Assembly (NCBI GenBank): GCA_043821645.1
Contig: JBDRCO010000087.1
Coordinates: 276,552 to 340,551 of the forward strand
Length of the DNA: 64,000 nt
DNA from: Pseudomonadota bacterium
Lineage (GTDB): Bacteria; Myxococcota; JACRCW01; JAFGSX01
Direction of reading: 5' to 3'
The notes below the pieces were generated by a model. The model had not been told where the DNA came from. It did no database searches and worked only from the letters and a program-made list of their open reading frames with translations. Made by a program: the position numbers and the translations under genes. Shown here piece by piece: positions 39,301 through 48,494 of the stretch (within the stretch, counting starts at the first letter, position 1; the number at the start of each line of letters is the position of its first letter).

Positions 39301-42300
39301 TGCAGCGGTGAGCCCAGCACCTGTGCGATCACCTGTGGCGACGGAACCCTGGATCCCGGGGAGTTCTGCGATGACGGCGATCTGGACAGCGGCGATGGCT
39401 GCTCGTCGTCGTGCAGCGTCGAACCCGGGTACAGCTGCGACGGAGGGTCCCCGTCGCAATGCGTCCCGACCTGCGGAAACGGTGCGCTCAACGGATCCGA
39501 GGTCTGCGACGACGGCAACGAGGACGACGGCGATGGTTGTTCCTCGACCTGCCTGATCGAGACGGGGTACCTGTGTGTCGGGGCTCCATCGAGCTGCACT
39601 CCGGTGTGCGGCGACGGCCGGATCATCGGAGGGGAGGCCTGCGACGACAACAACACTGCGGACGGCGACGGGTGCTCGGCCACCTGTGCTGTCGAGTCCG
39701 GCTACAGCTGCACCGATGAGCCTAGTTACTGTGCGCCCAACTGTGGCAACGGCGTCTTCAATCCTGGTGAGGCCTGTGACGACTCCAACACCAGCGACGG
39801 CGACGGTTGCTCGTCCACCTGTGTGGTCGAGGGGGGCTTTGCCTGTAGCGGTACGCCCTCGTCGTGCAACGCCATCTGCGGCGATGGCCTGATCCTGGGC
39901 GGAGAGACCTGTGACGACGGTGGCGTCGCCGACGACGACGGCTGCTCTGCAACATGCACCGTGGAGACAGGCTTCGTGTGCTCGGGAACGCCGAGCATCT
40001 GCATCTTCAGCTGCGGCAATGGAACTCTGGAACCCAGCGAGGCCTGCGACGACGGCGGCAATGTGGATGGCGATGGCTGCACTGCAGGATGCATCATCGA
40101 GGCGGGCTACCTGTGTGCCAGTGAGCCCTCGGTCTGCGTGCCGGACTGTGGCGATGGTCTGCTGCGGGGCACCGAGGCCTGCGACGACACCAACACCGTG
40201 GATGGTGATGGCTGCTCGACCCTGTGCGCGGTGGAACCTGGCTTTGCCTGCCTGGGAGAGCCCTCGACCTGTACCGCCATCTGTGGCGACGGGCAGATCC
40301 TGGGTGCCGAGACCTGCGACGACAGCAATGCGACGAGCTTTGATGGCTGCTCGGCACTCTGCCTGGTCGAGCCAGGCTACGTGTGCAGCGGGGAGCCGAG
40401 CACCTGTGTTCCCACTTGCGGTAACGGCGTCGTGGAGGCGGGCGAGACCTGCGACGATGGGGCGGCCGTGAGCGGCGACGGCTGCTCTGCCATCTGTGCC
40501 CTCGAGTCCGGTTGGACCTGTACCGGAACGCCCTCGACCTGCACGCCGACCTGCGGCGACGGCCTGCTGCGCGGTGGCGAAACGTGCGACGACGGTGGCG
40601 TTCTGGACGGCGATGGGTGCTCGACGGTGTGTGCGGTGGAGCCAGGCTTCGCCTGCGCGGGTGAACCGAGTTCCTGTACGGCGACCTGCAGCAACGGCTC
40701 CCTCGATGCAGGTGAGGCCTGCGATGACGGCAATACCACCGACGGCGACGGCTGCTCCTCGACCTGCGCGGTCGAACCCGGGTACAGCTGCGCTGGTGAA
40801 CCCAGTGTGTGCGCGGCCCTGTGTGGCGACGGCACCCTGGACTCCGGTGAGAACTGTGACGATGGCAACCTGGTCGTGGGGGATGGCTGCACCGCGAGCT
40901 GCCAGCCCGAGGCGGGCTGGACCTGCGTGGGTGCAGGCGCGGGCTCGTGCGCACCGACCTGTGGCGACGGGCTGCTGCGCGGAGGAGAGGCCTGTGATGA
41001 CTCCAACACCGCAGCGGGCGACGGCTGCTCTGCGACCTGCACGGTGGAGCCAGGCTACAGCTGCACCGATGAACCCAGCTACTGCGCCCCCAACTGCGGC
41101 AACGGTTCGCTGAACCCGGGCGAGACCTGTGACGACGGCAATGCCAGTGGCGGCGATGGCTGCTCCTCGATCTGTGCCATTGAGCCGGGCTACGCGTGCA
41201 GCGGCACACCCAGTGTCTGTGCCCTGCTTTGCGGCAACAGCGCGCTGGATACGGGCGAGAGCTGTGACGACGGCAATGCGGCCAGTGGCGATGGCTGCTC
41301 CAGCGTCTGCCAGTTCGAGTCTGGCTGGATCTGCGCCGGCTTGCCGACCGTGTGCATCTCCATCTGCGGCGATGGACTGGTTCGTGGCGCCGAGGCCTGC
41401 GACGACGCCAACCTGGACCTCGGCGACGGCTGCGATTCGACTTGCCAGGACGAAACGGGCTGGATCTGCAGCGGCGAGCCCAGCGCCTGCAACGAGGACT
41501 GTGGCGACGGAGTGGTGGTCGGCGCCGAGACCTGCGATGACGCCAACGTGGCCAGTGGAGACGGCTGCAGCGCCGGTTGCGTGACCGAGCCGGGCTACAC
41601 CTGCACCGGGGAACCCAGTCTGTGCGCTCCGGTGTGTGGCAACGGTGCGATCAACCCCGGGGAGCAGTGCGACGATGGAAACCCCAGCAGCAGCGACGGG
41701 TGCTCGGACACCTGCGTGGTCGAACCTGGCTATGCCTGCACCGGTGTTCCCAGCACCTGCACCTTGACCTGTGGCGACGGCGCCCAGGATGCCGGCGAGG
41801 CCTGTGACGACGGTAACCTGATCGCCGGTGATGGCTGCAGTGCGGCTTGTGCCATCGAACCGCGCTGGACCTGCAGCGGAGCCGGCGCCGGCTCGTGTAC
41901 CTGCCTGCCCGCGTACACCGGTCCCACCTGCGCCCAGTGTGCTGCGGGCTACAGCGGTCCCACCTGCGAGCCCGCGCTCTGCGGCAACGCGGCATTGGAT
42001 TCGGGCGAGGGCTGTGACGACGGCGCAATGGACGACAATGACGGTTGCTCGGCCACCTGCAGCGTCGAGCCCGGCTACGTGTGCCTGGGCGAGCCGAGCA
42101 CCTGCGTCCTGTCCTGCGGCAACAGCGCCCTGGATGCGGGCGAGACCTGCGACGATGGCAACACCGCGGAGGGCGATGGCTGCTCGGCGAACTGTGCGGT
42201 CGAACCCGGTTACGTCTGCTCGGGATCGCCGAGCACCTGCGTGGCGACCTGCGGCGACGGCTTTCTGGATACGGGCGAGTTCTGCGACGACGGCAACACG

Positions 42301-44415
42301 GCCGACGGCGATGGCTGCACGGCGCTGTGTGTCGTGGACACAGGCTATCTGTGCAATGGCGCGCCCAGTGCCTGTGCGCCAGACTGTGGCGACGGAATGA
42401 TCGTGGGAGGCGAGGCTTGCGACGACGGTGGCACGGCCGATGGCGACGGCTGCTCTGCGACCTGCGCTGTCGAGCCTGGCTACGCCTGCAGTGGTGCTCC
42501 CAGCCTGTGTGCCCTCACCTGTGGCGACGGCATGATCGACGCTGGCGAGGCCTGCGACGATGGCAATGGCACCAACGGCGATGGCTGCACCGATGTGTGC
42601 CAGGTCGAGTTCGCCTACCGCTGTCTGGGAGAACCCTCGGCCTGCGTCACCGTGTGCGGGGACGGCGAGCGTGCCTTCGCCGAGGCCTGCGATGACGCCA
42701 ACGTCCTCGCGGGGGATGGGTGCTCCGACGCGTGCGTGGTCGAGCACGGCTTCTCCTGCTCGGGTGACGCGCCCAGCCTGTGCGCCTCGACCTGCGGTGA
42801 CGGCGCCGTCGCCGCGGATGAGGCCTGCGACGACGGGGCAACCGTGGATGGCGATGGCTGCACGGCGCTCTGCGCCATCGAGGCAGGCTACGGCTGTAAC
42901 GGCGAGCCCAGCACCTGCACCGTGACCTGCGGCGATGGCCTGGTGACCGGCGCCGAGGCCTGTGACGACGGGGGCCTGCTGGATGGGGATGGCTGCTCCG
43001 CGAGCTGCGCCCTCGAGACGGGCTACACCTGCTCGGGCGCGCCCAGCATCTGCGTGGCGGTCTGCGGCGATGGACTGGTGCGGGGTGGCGAGAGCTGCGA
43101 CGACGGCGGCACCAGCGACGGCGATGGCTGCTCCGGCCTGTGCGCCAGCGAGGCCGGCTATGTGTGTACCGGTGAGCCCAGCACCTGCGTCGTGACCTGT
43201 GGCGATGGTCTGGTGATCGGCGCCGAGGCCTGCGACGACGGCGCCCTGGTGGATGGCGACGGCTGCTCGGCCAGCTGTGCCGTCGAGGCAGGCTATGCCT
43301 GTGGCGGCGAGCCCAGCGTCTGCACCGCGGTGTGCGGCGATGGCCTGCTGCGCGGGGCCGAGGCCTGTGATGACAGCAATGGCAGCGACGGCGACGGCTG
43401 CGATGCGAGCTGTACAATCGAAGCAGGGTACGCCTGTACCGGCGAGCCAAGCGTCTGTGCCGCCACCTGCGGCAACGGGGCACTGGATGCTGGCGAGGCC
43501 TGCGATGATACCAACACCAGCGACGGCGATGGCTGCAGCGCGAGCTGTGCAGTCGAGGCTGGCTACTCCTGTACCGGCGAGCCCAGCGTGTGCGCGATGA
43601 CCTGCGGCAACGGCACCCTCGACAGCGGCGAGGCGTGTGATGATGGCGATGTCGACGACGGAGACGGCTGCAGCGCGGTCTGTGTCATCGAGCCTGGCTA
43701 TGCGTGTGGCGGTGAGCCGAGCGTTTGTGTGCTCACCTGTGGCAACGGCGCACTCGACCTCAACGAGGCCTGTGATGACGGTAACGGTGTTGCCGGAGAC
43801 GGTTGCAGCGGAAGCTGCGTGGTCGAATCCGGCTACAACTGCACCGGTGAGCCGAGCCAGTGCACACCCGTGTGTGGTGATGGGCTGCTGCGTGGACCCG
43901 AGGTCTGCGATGACGGCAACACGGCGGGCGGTGACGGATGCAGTTCCAGCTGTGGCGGCGAGAGCGGTTACACCTGTACCGGCGAACCCAGTCTCTGCGC
44001 TCCGGTCTGCGGCGACAGCCTGATCCGCGGAGCCGAGGCCTGTGACGACGGAGCTCAGGTGGATGGGGATGGCTGCTCCGCCAGCTGCGTGGTCGAGAAC
44101 GGATTCACCTGCAGCGGAGAGCCCTCGGTCTGCATCGAGGTGGCGCCCACCGACAGCGATGGCGACGGCGTGGCAGACCTTGACGACAACTGCCCGACCA
44201 CCTTCAACCCGGATCAGCGGGACAAGGACAGCGACGGGGTCGGCGATCTCTGCGACGCCGATGCGAATGGTGATGGCTGGCCGGACGACCTCTCGGTCAG
44301 TGGCGGCGGTTGTGCCTGCCACGCCCCCCAGGCGCCGGGGATGAACTCGGGGTGGATCGCTCTGTTCCTGCTCGGTGCCGCGCTGTGGCGTCGACGACGC
44401 GCACCCCGGAGCTGA
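36367..44415 (+). CDS. Giant surface protein: Gly-rich N-domain, 45 myxobacterial Cys-rich repeats, TSP3-like repeats, MYXO-CTERM anchor
   Basis: GAGGAG RBS and signal peptide; CGDG..ExCDD..DGCS..C..E.GY.C.GEPS.C units; DSDGDGVAD..DNCP; C-terminal GGGCAC..hydrophobic..WRRRR. Confidence 0.92.
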   Translation: MNKLHVVFACCAVLLASSARADVDLHYDNAASYVVAPSRYNVDVNVVPSVARRTPVDVFVGNGSIPGTTTINTNNTVINADTYLTANEAAGATTISLNDRAGFASGDLVLIVQIQGFTATSGNQAAVLDPGKVGHFELQRLTTRSGNTFTLDATFKPGGLAHAYDTTDALQARTQVVRVPEYTNLTINATRSIVPTQAWDGNEGGIVALAATGIVTINGSINASGSTATGGFRGGRVNTTGAGGCPVPPIALDTGATNGGKGEGIDRRSYANSLWGTGNYANAGGGGNEHNAGGGGGGNGGTGGYGGVEYDCDGGGAAPYLETRGMPGVMLASPLADRVFFGGGGGSGQQNNNVASRGGIGGGIVFIFATTLAGTGSIQVNGEAGPNTTGNDGAGGGGAGGNIYISVVNTPATAISLQANGGNGGNVTNTGAHGPGGGAGGGRVFVSAGFGTAVVQVNPGQPGTYQGGTAYQGTAGSTGNDEDGPYVQLATPVAAGTCLTLAAETPAAGHSGQLRYLITRNGGVNWLTHNGTAWVTGGTRTNAIDAATLNTHIRELTALTAFNARVYLLGLATDTPRIDRLLFTSCRCGDGRVDSGEACDDGGTTGGDGCSATCTVELGYSCGGEPSVCSTVCGDGWIRGSEACDDSGTANGDGCSSTCAIEGGFFCAGEPSVCDGICGDSLVRGTETCDDGHTTACGACNATCTGAGTGSTCGDSVVCADTETCDDGHTTACGPCNATCTGAGTGSTCGDSVVCADTEICDDGHTTACGPCNATCTGAGTGSTCGDSVVCADTETCDDGHTSACGACNATCNGAGTGSTCGDSVQCADTEACDDGNTSDGDYCASDCSAVTGSCGDGTVQSNEVCDDGNTSSFDGCTATCTVEPGYLCSGEPSVCTPACGNGTLDSGETCDDGDSVSGDGCSSLCGVESGWTCTGEPSLCSPTCGDGAILGGEACDDGGLVDGDGCSSSCVVEPGYTCSGEPSTCAITCGDGTLDPGEFCDDGDLDSGDGCSSSCSVEPGYSCDGGSPSQCVPTCGNGALNGSEVCDDGNEDDGDGCSSTCLIETGYLCVGAPSSCTPVCGDGRIIGGEACDDNNTADGDGCSATCAVESGYSCTDEPSYCAPNCGNGVFNPGEACDDSNTSDGDGCSSTCVVEGGFACSGTPSSCNAICGDGLILGGETCDDGGVADDDGCSATCTVETGFVCSGTPSICIFSCGNGTLEPSEACDDGGNVDGDGCTAGCIIEAGYLCASEPSVCVPDCGDGLLRGTEACDDTNTVDGDGCSTLCAVEPGFACLGEPSTCTAICGDGQILGAETCDDSNATSFDGCSALCLVEPGYVCSGEPSTCVPTCGNGVVEAGETCDDGAAVSGDGCSAICALESGWTCTGTPSTCTPTCGDGLLRGGETCDDGGVLDGDGCSTVCAVEPGFACAGEPSSCTATCSNGSLDAGEACDDGNTTDGDGCSSTCAVEPGYSCAGEPSVCAALCGDGTLDSGENCDDGNLVVGDGCTASCQPEAGWTCVGAGAGSCAPTCGDGLLRGGEACDDSNTAAGDGCSATCTVEPGYSCTDEPSYCAPNCGNGSLNPGETCDDGNASGGDGCSSICAIEPGYACSGTPSVCALLCGNSALDTGESCDDGNAASGDGCSSVCQFESGWICAGLPTVCISICGDGLVRGAEACDDANLDLGDGCDSTCQDETGWICSGEPSACNEDCGDGVVVGAETCDDANVASGDGCSAGCVTEPGYTCTGEPSLCAPVCGNGAINPGEQCDDGNPSSSDGCSDTCVVEPGYACTGVPSTCTLTCGDGAQDAGEACDDGNLIAGDGCSAACAIEPRWTCSGAGAGSCTCLPAYTGPTCAQCAAGYSGPTCEPALCGNAALDSGEGCDDGAMDDNDGCSATCSVEPGYVCLGEPSTCVLSCGNSALDAGETCDDGNTAEGDGCSANCAVEPGYVCSGSPSTCVATCGDGFLDTGEFCDDGNTADGDGCTALCVVDTGYLCNGAPSACAPDCGDGMIVGGEACDDGGTADGDGCSATCAVEPGYACSGAPSLCALTCGDGMIDAGEACDDGNGTNGDGCTDVCQVEFAYRCLGEPSACVTVCGDGERAFAEACDDANVLAGDGCSDACVVEHGFSCSGDAPSLCASTCGDGAVAADEACDDGATVDGDGCTALCAIEAGYGCNGEPSTCTVTCGDGLVTGAEACDDGGLLDGDGCSASCALETGYTCSGAPSICVAVCGDGLVRGGESCDDGGTSDGDGCSGLCASEAGYVCTGEPSTCVVTCGDGLVIGAEACDDGALVDGDGCSASCAVEAGYACGGEPSVCTAVCGDGLLRGAEACDDSNGSDGDGCDASCTIEAGYACTGEPSVCAATCGNGALDAGEACDDTNTSDGDGCSASCAVEAGYSCTGEPSVCAMTCGNGTLDSGEACDDGDVDDGDGCSAVCVIEPGYACGGEPSVCVLTCGNGALDLNEACDDGNGVAGDGCSGSCVVESGYNCTGEPSQCTPVCGDGLLRGPEVCDDGNTAGGDGCSSSCGGESGYTCTGEPSLCAPVCGDSLIRGAEACDDGAQVDGDGCSASCVVENGFTCSGEPSVCIEVAPTDSDGDGVADLDDNCPTTFNPDQRDKDSDGVGDLCDADANGDGWPDDLSVSGGGCACHAPQAPGMNSGWIALFLLGAALWRRRRAPRS
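38421..38860 (+). repeat. Four near-identical 108-bp (36-aa) tandem repeats inside the giant gene
   Basis: GAGAxxTGCGACGACGGxCACACC at 38425, 38533, 38641 and 38749 (period 108). Confidence 0.92.
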
Positions 44416-44492
44416 CCACCGGGCTTCTCCTCGACCGTGGCTGGCGCATGCGCCAGGCCCAGGATCCTTTTCAACCCGGGGTTGACCTGGGC

Positions 44493-44528
44493 TCGACAAT
44501 TTTGTCGAGCTCTCGACGATGTTGTCGA
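44493..44528. promoter_or_regulatory. Tandem palindromic operator / enhancer pair
   Basis: TCGACAATTTTGTCGA (44493-44508) and TCGACGATGTTGTCGA (44513-44528), 20-bp period. Confidence 0.6.
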
Positions 44529-44643
44529 TATGAGGTCGCACCTGACCCTGTCGCTTGCACCCTGAGGCCCGCGAAAGCGCCTGAGTTCAAGCCTGACCGC
44601 GAGGCCCGCGTGCTTCTCGGCACTGCGACGGCGTGTCCTTGCC

Positions 44644-44659
44644 GGGTACGCGTCCTGCA
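44644..44659 (+). promoter_or_regulatory. Putative sigma54 -24/-12 promoter
   Basis: GGGTACGCGTCCTGCA: GG-N10-GC, close to TGGCACG-N4-TTGCA; 55 nt before the start at 44714. Confidence 0.55.
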
Positions 44660-44713
44660 AGAGCAGACGGGCGTCGAGATCCAGGGTGCGAGCCACAAAG
44701 TGGGAGGTTCCTC

Positions 44714-46330
44714 ATGCACGGCCTGAGAATTCGCTGCATCTGCGGCCTGGCAGCGGTCTTGTTTCTGGCATTCCCGGGGTGCGATGGGTGCGGCGCCCTG
44801 ACCAGCGGCGGTGGCCAGGACCTCGGGAACACCACCGGCGACGAGGACGGCAGCGCGTCCACCCTGGATGGGAGCGGCCCCGGCGGTGATTCCAGTACCA
44901 GCGACGGAGCTGTCGTGGCCGATGGCAGCAGCCAAGACGTTGACGGCGGCGATCCCCTGCATCAACAGCTCCCGGACTTTTGCGCGGGCTCCGGGGCCGT
45001 GGTGAGCTTCGGTAGCCAGGATATCTGCGCCGGCGATCTGGCAGCCCAGACCTTCCGCTTTGCCCTGTGCGCCTGCCAGAGCATCTCCCCCCAGGCTCAG
45101 CTGACCCTGGATGCCTTCGATTCCAGCATCGGGCCCTACGGCGGCAGCAACGTCACGGACGACGGGCAGCTGGGTCTCAACCAGGGCGACCTCTCCCTGA
45201 ACAACAAGCTATCGGTCCACGGATCGGCCTTCGTGGGCGGTGGCGGCGTGGGCTTTGGACCGGATTCCGAGATCACTCAGAACCTGTATGCCTACGGGGA
45301 TGTTGCCATGAGCGGGCAGGGGAGCCATGCCACGATAGGCCGCAACGCTTACGTCAACGGCGGCGTGGGCAATCGCATCACCATCGCCGGCGACCTGACC
45401 TTGCCGGTGTCGGCCACGCTCCAGGCCACGGTCACTGGCTCGACCACGCGGGCGGACGTGCCACAGATCCTGCCCTGCCCCTGTGCGACCGAGCAGATCC
45501 TGGATATCGCCGGGCTCACCAGCTGGGCCGCCACGCACAACGACAATGAGGTGTATGCCATCCCGGACGCCGGGAGTGGCGAGGATGCCGGATTCCGTCT
45601 GGATCCTTCGCTGTACGAGAGCGGGGGCCCCACGACGCTGCGCCTGCCCTGCGGTCGTTTCTACCTGACCCGGGTCAACCAGAGCGGGCTGGCCCTCGAC
45701 ATCTACGTGCAGGACCGCGCCGTGCTCTTTGTCGATGGCGACCTCAGTGCGCAGCGCTTCACCATCCACGTCGAGCCTGGTGGCGAGCTGGATCTGTTCG
45801 TCGCGGGCGACCTGACCATCGGTGCCGCCGCGGACTTTGGCGCGCCGGACAAGCCCTCGTCGGTGCGCAGCTACGTGGCAGGCAACCTCAGCTTCCAGGC
45901 CTCGTCGAGCTTTGCCGGAAACGTCTATGCTCCGAATGCCGACATCGTGTTTGGTGCCTTCTCCGAGGTCTACGGCTCGCTGATGGTGCGCAACGTGACC
46001 TTCAACGCTGCGGCCGCGGTGCACTACGACAGCTCGATCCGGCGCGCCAGCGACAGCTGCGTGACCCCCGTCTCAAGCGACGGGGGTGTGGTGGTGGTGC
46101 CTGACGGGGGTGCAGGCGCCGACCGTGGCGCGGTTGATGGTGCGAGCGGCGTCGACGCGGGACCGGACGGCTGCAGTGGCCTGTGCAGCTTCGAATGTGG
46201 AGAGCTGGCCTGCCTGATCAACTCCGGGCAGAGTGTCGGAACCTGCGGAGCCTGTCGTAACGACCTCGACTGCTGCGCGCCGCTGCTGTGCAATCGTTCC
46301 ACTGGCGCCTGCTACCTGCCCGGAGGTTGA
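44714..46330 (+). CDS. Secreted/lipoprotein with probable beta-solenoid domain and Cys-rich C-terminus
   Basis: GGGAGG RBS; hydrophobic signal then PGCDGC; repetitive strands (LFVDGDL, LFVAGDL, YVAGNL, GNVYAP, VYGSL, VHYD). Confidence 0.75.
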   Translation: MHGLRIRCICGLAAVLFLAFPGCDGCGALTSGGGQDLGNTTGDEDGSASTLDGSGPGGDSSTSDGAVVADGSSQDVDGGDPLHQQLPDFCAGSGAVVSFGSQDICAGDLAAQTFRFALCACQSISPQAQLTLDAFDSSIGPYGGSNVTDDGQLGLNQGDLSLNNKLSVHGSAFVGGGGVGFGPDSEITQNLYAYGDVAMSGQGSHATIGRNAYVNGGVGNRITIAGDLTLPVSATLQATVTGSTTRADVPQILPCPCATEQILDIAGLTSWAATHNDNEVYAIPDAGSGEDAGFRLDPSLYESGGPTTLRLPCGRFYLTRVNQSGLALDIYVQDRAVLFVDGDLSAQRFTIHVEPGGELDLFVAGDLTIGAAADFGAPDKPSSVRSYVAGNLSFQASSSFAGNVYAPNADIVFGAFSEVYGSLMVRNVTFNAAAAVHYDSSIRRASDSCVTPVSSDGGVVVVPDGGAGADRGAVDGASGVDAGPDGCSGLCSFECGELACLINSGQSVGTCGACRNDLDCCAPLLCNRSTGACYLPGG

Positions 46331-46544
46331 GGGGCCTTCGCGGAGTGCAGACCGTCCGCTGCACGCCCCTCCCGGTCGCTTGATGCGACAGTGATCTCGC
46401 TGTGCTGCCCGCGTGCTGCACGCGCAGGATCCGACTGCACGCCGCCCCTAGGCCACGCCGGTGCGCGCGCAGCCATCGCATGGGGATTCCCTGCACCCAA
46501 CAGTTCTCGATCTGCTCGACAGGAAATCGAGTTAGGCTAGGGCC

Positions 46545-47714
46545 ATGCAGGTGCGCTCCCATCTTCTGACCGGGACCTCGACCGGCACGGCTGGCGCCCA
46601 GGACAAGGCCTCCTCGCCGCCGCCCCCGACCACTTCGGACGGGCCCGTCGAAGTCCGGGATCGCTTCGTTCCGTCGCTGGTGAGCGTGAATCAAGTGGAG
46701 CCGCCCGCTCTGCGCAGCACCTGGCAGCAGCACCTGCTGGCCCGGGTCGGCGATGCCAGTGTGGGGGCTGCCGTCGACAGCCTGTTCGACTATCACCAGG
46801 CGTGCGCGTTCTTCGGAGAGCGCATCCTGGGCATGCGGCGACTGACCCTGGACACGGCCGAAGGCGCGCTCGACGTGCAGCTTGCACCCCATCGCAACAA
46901 GGTTCCAGTGGCCGAGGTGCACGTTCACGGCCAGGCCGAGTGTGCACTGTGCAAACCGCCCTTCGTCGACGAGCGAGGCCTGCGCTGGCGCGACTACAGC
47001 ATCTGGCCCAATGCCTACCCCTACCTGCCGCCCGAGCAGCAGCATGTGGTCATCACGGCGGCCACGCACCAGGGGCAGCACTTCGCGCCCAGGATTCTCG
47101 AGGACATGATCGACTATCAGCGCGCCGCTGGGCAGGCGACACCGGTGACCTTGCATTACAACGGCGTGGCCGGGAACAGCCAGTTCCACCTGCACTGGCA
47201 GGCCAGTCGTGAGCGACTGCCCCTGCAGCGCCTGCTCGACGAGGGATCGCTGCCGCTGCAGCGCGTGCACAGTGGCGCCGGCGGCCGGGTCGAGAGTTAC
47301 GACCAGGGTTTCTATGCAGGTCTCCTGGTTTCTGGTGACAAGGCCTACGTCAGCCGCATGGCCACGCGCATCGTGGCGCAGCTGGAGCGGGATCCGGTGA
47401 CCCGCGGCGCCTACAACCTGTTGCTCCTGCACCCGCGCCAGGGCGAAGCCCGGCTGGTCGTGATCCCCCGCCGCGCCGATATGCTCCAACCGGAACTGCC
47501 GTCCTTCGGCAAGGTGGGGCTGGGTGCCTTCTCCTTCGGCGGCACCATCGTGGTGCCCCGGGAGCAGCTCCCCGACGGTTTTGCCGGCGAGCTGTGTACG
47601 GCGGCGCGACAGACCCTGGTGCGCCCCTCCGAGCTGGGCTGGCTCGACGAGCTGCGCGAGCAGGTCGACAACGCCGTGCTCGCCCTGCGCACCGCGCGCA
47701 GCGACGGGGGTTGA
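46545..47714 (+). CDS. HIT/GalT-fold nucleotidyltransferase-like protein (DUF4922 / GDP-hexose phosphorylase-like)
   Basis: CALC, WPNAYP, HVVI..HQGQ, YNGVAGNSQFHLHWQA (HxHxQ), YNLL..VIPRR. Confidence 0.7.
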   Translation: MQVRSHLLTGTSTGTAGAQDKASSPPPPTTSDGPVEVRDRFVPSLVSVNQVEPPALRSTWQQHLLARVGDASVGAAVDSLFDYHQACAFFGERILGMRRLTLDTAEGALDVQLAPHRNKVPVAEVHVHGQAECALCKPPFVDERGLRWRDYSIWPNAYPYLPPEQQHVVITAATHQGQHFAPRILEDMIDYQRAAGQATPVTLHYNGVAGNSQFHLHWQASRERLPLQRLLDEGSLPLQRVHSGAGGRVESYDQGFYAGLLVSGDKAYVSRMATRIVAQLERDPVTRGAYNLLLLHPRQGEARLVVIPRRADMLQPELPSFGKVGLGAFSFGGTIVVPREQLPDGFAGELCTAARQTLVRPSELGWLDELREQVDNAVLALRTARSDGG

Positions 47715-47732
47715 CGCAAATGCGCGGGTGGC

Positions 47733-48494
47733 TCAGCTCTCGAGCTGCTTGAGGAATGCCACACTGCGCAGCGTCCGCCCTGTCAGGGCGCGCACGCGCT
47801 GCAGGGTGCGACGGCCCACCTCGCGCGCCACCTCCACCGTGATGGGCCTGCACGACGAGGTCTGCAGGGGACGTGGTCGCAGCCAGTCCTGCTCCTCGGG
47901 CGGCACCGCCCGATCACCGCAGCTGCGGCATAGCCAGCCGTCGGTGTCGACGGATTCGTGCATCCCGTGGTCCAGTCCGCCGCCGCAGCGCGCGCACTGA
48001 TCGGCGTCCGGCCACAGCCCGAGGTGGTGCAGCAGGGCCACCTCGAAGCCGCGGAGCAGGGCAGTGGGCTGCGTGTCCTCGTGCTCGAGCAGGGCTAGGC
48101 CGTCGAGGAGAAGCTCGAGCAACGCGGGCTGGGGGTCGCGATCTCGGCTCAGAGCCTCGACCAGCTCGCACAGGTAGCCGGCTCGCCCCAGACGATGCGG
48201 GTCGTCGCCCAGGTGCGGGAAGTCGCGTCGAGGCGAGGCCGAGTCCAGCTCGGCGAGCTCGGCGCTCGGGCGCAGGCGCAACTCCAGGTCGACGTGGACG
48301 AAGGGCTGCAGGGCGCCACCGAAGCGGCGCTGGCTGCGACGGGCGCTGCGGGCCAGGGCGCCCACCTTGCCCAGGGCGCGCGTGAACAGGGTGACGACGA
48401 GGTCTGCATCGCGGTAGGGCGTGAGACGCAGGACGATGCCGTCGCTTGCGACCTCTTCACCCGGCGTGGCGCGGGTCGATCGTCCACGACCCAT
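47733..48494 (-). CDS. recO: DNA repair protein RecO
   Basis: GIVLR..YRDADLVVTLFT..GKV..ARSARRSQRRFGGALQPF; CARC/CRSC zinc finger. Confidence 0.92.
   Translation of the reverse strand: MGRGRSTRATPGEEVASDGIVLRLTPYRDADLVVTLFTRALGKVGALARSARRSQRRFGGALQPFVHVDLELRLRPSAELAELDSASPRRDFPHLGDDPHRLGRAGYLCELVEALSRDRDPQPALLELLLDGLALLEHEDTQPTALLRGFEVALLHHLGLWPDADQCARCGGGLDHGMHESVDTDGWLCRSCGDRAVPPEEQDWLRPRPLQTSSCRPITVEVAREVGRRTLQRVRALTGRTLRSVAFLKQLES

Noticed and set aside
38128-44140. Cys-repeat array as a diversity-generating retroelement target
   Set aside because: No reverse transcriptase, and differences between repeats are not adenine-specific
39181-44541. 1786-aa minus-strand ORF
   Set aside because: Antisense shadow of the repetitive, GC-rich giant gene; Ala/Arg/Val-rich with no motifs
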